A stretch of 45,864 nucleotides of DNA from a virus: IMG/VR virus record IMGVR_UViG_3300037483_000175. The stretch is one strand, 5' to 3'. Within the stretch, counting starts at the first letter, position 1. Each line of letters begins with the position of its first letter. This document shows, one piece after another, positions 43,944 through 45,864 of the stretch. The notes below the pieces were generated by a model. It ran no database searches, was not told where the DNA came from, and saw only the letters and a program-made list of their open reading frames with translations. The translations under genes were made by a program, and so were the position numbers.

Positions 43944-44219
43944 ATGGGGATGGAAACGAAAAGGTATTTTATCCTTTGCGGCGGAGAAATAATAACGCCT
44001 AGGGGGCCGTATACCGGGACCATGATCGGCCACGAGATAGCGGTAATTTTTGGAAAAGATTGGCATTGGTCGCCCGAGAATTGCGGCGGATCATACCAGG
44101 CGCTCGACAATAAAACAGGAACGGTTTTGGCCGAGGCTGTTAGGTATCGGGGGACAGGTATCGGGGGTAGGGATCTTAAACAAGAAACCAGTGATTTAGT
44201 AAAGGAGAACGAGAAATGA
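43944..44219 (+). CDS. Hypothetical protein
   Basis: 91-aa ORF with SD caggaga upstream. Confidence 0.5.
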   Translation: MGMETKRYFILCGGEIITPRGPYTGTMIGHEIAVIFGKDWHWSPENCGGSYQALDNKTGTVLAEAVRYRGTGIGGRDLKQETSDLVKENEK

Positions 44220-44527
44220 ACGAGTGGGGACGGGTTTCTGACGATCAGGCCGAAATGCTGGATACGTTTGCCGGGCACGTAAAAGAAATAGCCAAAGAAC
44301 TTGGCGAAACGGGCGGGCCAGAAATATCGGCGATTATACGGCCAAGCGATTCGCAGTATACGGTGTGCACCTACGTGAGCGTGCCTTCGATACGTGTAGA
44401 TTGGGACTTTGGCGAGATCGCGCGTAAGGCGGGGCGGGAGAAGCAACGCAACTTTATAAAGTGCCGCATTAAAGACGCCCTACGCGACCAAATCGATCTG
44501 GCCTTAGAGGCTCTTGACCGGCTATAA
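44216..44527 (+). CDS. Hypothetical protein
   Basis: 103-aa ORF behind aaaggagaacgagaaATG. Confidence 0.55.
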   Translation: MNEWGRVSDDQAEMLDTFAGHVKEIAKELGETGGPEISAIIRPSDSQYTVCTYVSVPSIRVDWDFGEIARKAGREKQRNFIKCRIKDALRDQIDLALEALDRL

Positions 44528-44550
44528 GAACTAGCAAAGGAGAACGAGAA

Positions 44551-45675
44551 ATGAACTTATCAGCAACTAGTATCAGATGTTTTAAGGAGTGCCCGCTTAA
44601 ATTCTACTACCGGTATATACTTGGGCTGCGCCCGGTTGTAGAGGCGGACGCTCTACGCATGGGAACCAACTACCATCGCATTCAAGAAATCTCCAGTATG
44701 CAGCCCGGCGGCACGTGCGAATGCGTAGTAGAAACGCCCGCGCCCCTTTGCGCATTGTGCGACGGCACCGGCAGATTCCCTGATGATCCTATGGACGCGG
44801 TTGTTCGGCACCTTAACCAAGCGTACGAAACGATTCCGCTTGATAAGACACCAGAGGAATGGGAGGTAGAGCGAACGATTCTGCTTTACTCGCTCGTAGG
44901 GTACAAGTGGTGGTACACTGATGCGGGCTATGAGGTGGAACATTTGGAGCACAAGTTCAAGTTCCCGCTGCTGTCCCCGGAAACCGGGCACCCGTTGCGA
45001 GCCGATGTCGTAGGGAAGATAGACCGCGTATTCTCCATCGAGGGGCGGCGGTATATTCACGAGTACAAAAGTACTTCGGCCTCGCTTGATCCTGACTCTT
45101 CGTATTGGGGACACCTGCGGCTTGATACGCAGACGCGGCTATACGCTTACGCAGCCCAACGCGAGAACCTTGGAAACTGCGGCCTGCTGTACGACGTGTG
45201 GCGCAAGCCCGCAATCAGGCCGAAAAAGCTTACCCAGGCAGATAGCAAGAAGTTCGTCGCTACCGGCGAGTACTACGGCGAGACGTTTAATGTTGGCGGC
45301 ACTGTACCTAACGGCGCGCTGACCGTAAACGGACGCGAAGCAGAAGTAGAGCATGGGGCCAAAGAGGGAACGTTCGCTATTCGAGAAACGCCACAGATGT
45401 TCGGAGCCCGGTTGCTACAGGAAATCACGACGATCCCGGAGAAGTATTTCGCTCGCCGGGAAGTAGATCGCAGCGAGGCGGATCTCGTATCGTTTGAGCA
45501 GGAGCTATTCAGCATCTATAAAACCATCAGCCACATGCGGAACGCAGGGCATTGGTTCCAGGTCGAATCAAGCTGCGAAGATAGAGGGAAATGCGATTTC
45601 TTAGACTCGTGCTACGCTTGCCATAAAATAGCCGAAGACGAAACCCCCGCCGGGTTCACGAAGTTCGGCCAATAG
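44551..45675 (+). CDS. PD-(D/E)xK exonuclease of the Cas4/RecB type with a C-terminal Cys cluster
   Basis: FKECPLKFYYRYILGL, GKIDRV ... IHEYKST, QTRLYAYA, and the terminal CEDRGKCDFLDSCYAC. SD aaaggagaacgagaa upstream. Confidence 0.7.
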   Translation: MNLSATSIRCFKECPLKFYYRYILGLRPVVEADALRMGTNYHRIQEISSMQPGGTCECVVETPAPLCALCDGTGRFPDDPMDAVVRHLNQAYETIPLDKTPEEWEVERTILLYSLVGYKWWYTDAGYEVEHLEHKFKFPLLSPETGHPLRADVVGKIDRVFSIEGRRYIHEYKSTSASLDPDSSYWGHLRLDTQTRLYAYAAQRENLGNCGLLYDVWRKPAIRPKKLTQADSKKFVATGEYYGETFNVGGTVPNGALTVNGREAEVEHGAKEGTFAIRETPQMFGARLLQEITTIPEKYFARREVDRSEADLVSFEQELFSIYKTISHMRNAGHWFQVESSCEDRGKCDFLDSCYACHKIAEDETPAGFTKFGQ

Positions 45676-45686
45676 AGGAGAACGAA

Positions 45687-45864
45687 ATGCCGAATCCCTA
45701 TTCCAAGATTTGGGTGCTGCATCGCCGTACGCCGTACGTATCCCTGCAATATAGAGCCGGGCGGTTCTTTTTCCCAATAACTTTCCTATTCCGCAGGGAC
45801 CGCATCCTGCTGGGCGGCGAGACGCAGTACAGTTTACAAATAGGATGCTGGCGATTTTTATTGG
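45687..45864 (+). CDS. ORF running off the window end. Across the circular junction it would continue to position 186 (78 aa in total)
   Basis: Strong SD agaggagaacgaaATG of the same type as neighbouring genes. The composition is unconvincing, and the ORF overlaps the Sak4-like start by 32 nt. Confidence 0.25.
   Translation, partial: MPNPYSKIWVLHRRTPYVSLQYRAGRFFFPITFLFRRDRILLGGETQYSLQIGCWRFLL
45738..45864. repeat. Second copy of the 127-bp terminal repeat
   Basis: Identical to 1..127. Confidence 0.95.

Noticed and set aside
1-45864. Temperate lifestyle or prophage signals (integrase, attP, CI/Cro-type repressor pair)
   Set aside because: No tyrosine or serine recombinase motifs, excisionase or obvious repressor gene were seen. 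The divergent control region has operator-like boxes, but no recognisable repressor lies next to it.

Overview
The window looks like one complete tailed-phage (Caudoviricetes) genome. Its first 127 bp are repeated exactly as its last 127 bp, so the unique length is 45,737 bp, and it is circular or circularly permuted. Genes sit in two arms that diverge from a control region at about 28.3-28.9 kb and converge at about 5.3-5.4 kb. The minus-strand arm (28287 down to 5326) starts with a few small genes. It then runs through small and large terminase, portal, scaffold, major capsid, a long run of virion and tail-fibre genes, and an 1130-aa virion protein. The plus-strand arm (28.9 kb onward, continuing across the junction to 5.4 kb) carries many small early ORFs and a replication/recombination module. 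That module has a RecG-like helicase, a dNTP pyrophosphohydrolase-like protein, a metallophosphoesterase, a family A DNA polymerase, a DEDDh exonuclease, a VRR-NUC nuclease, a Cas4-like exonuclease, a Sak4-like ATPase and a TOPRIM/D5 primase-helicase. I found no integrase, phage RNA polymerase, tRNA, CRISPR array or recognisable endolysin. Five sigma70-type promoters can be read directly. The most unusual feature is a 284-codon intein in the DNA polymerase. The position where an intein normally carries its endonuclease domain is instead filled by a free-standing 193-aa homing-endonuclease-like gene. That gene is read in the +1 frame and has its own SD, ATG and stop, while the polymerase frame stays open across all 582 nt. 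Other points worth a second look: a G16 tract inside a symmetric array of GTCCGATAAC boxes; 25-bp inverted repeats bracketing the first early gene; a roughly 735-bp repeat-rich non-coding island with iterons; an apparently leaderless 39-codon NUMOD4-like ORF; and a low-GC distal module on the tail fibre. All functional calls come from motifs I recognised by eye. No database search was run.
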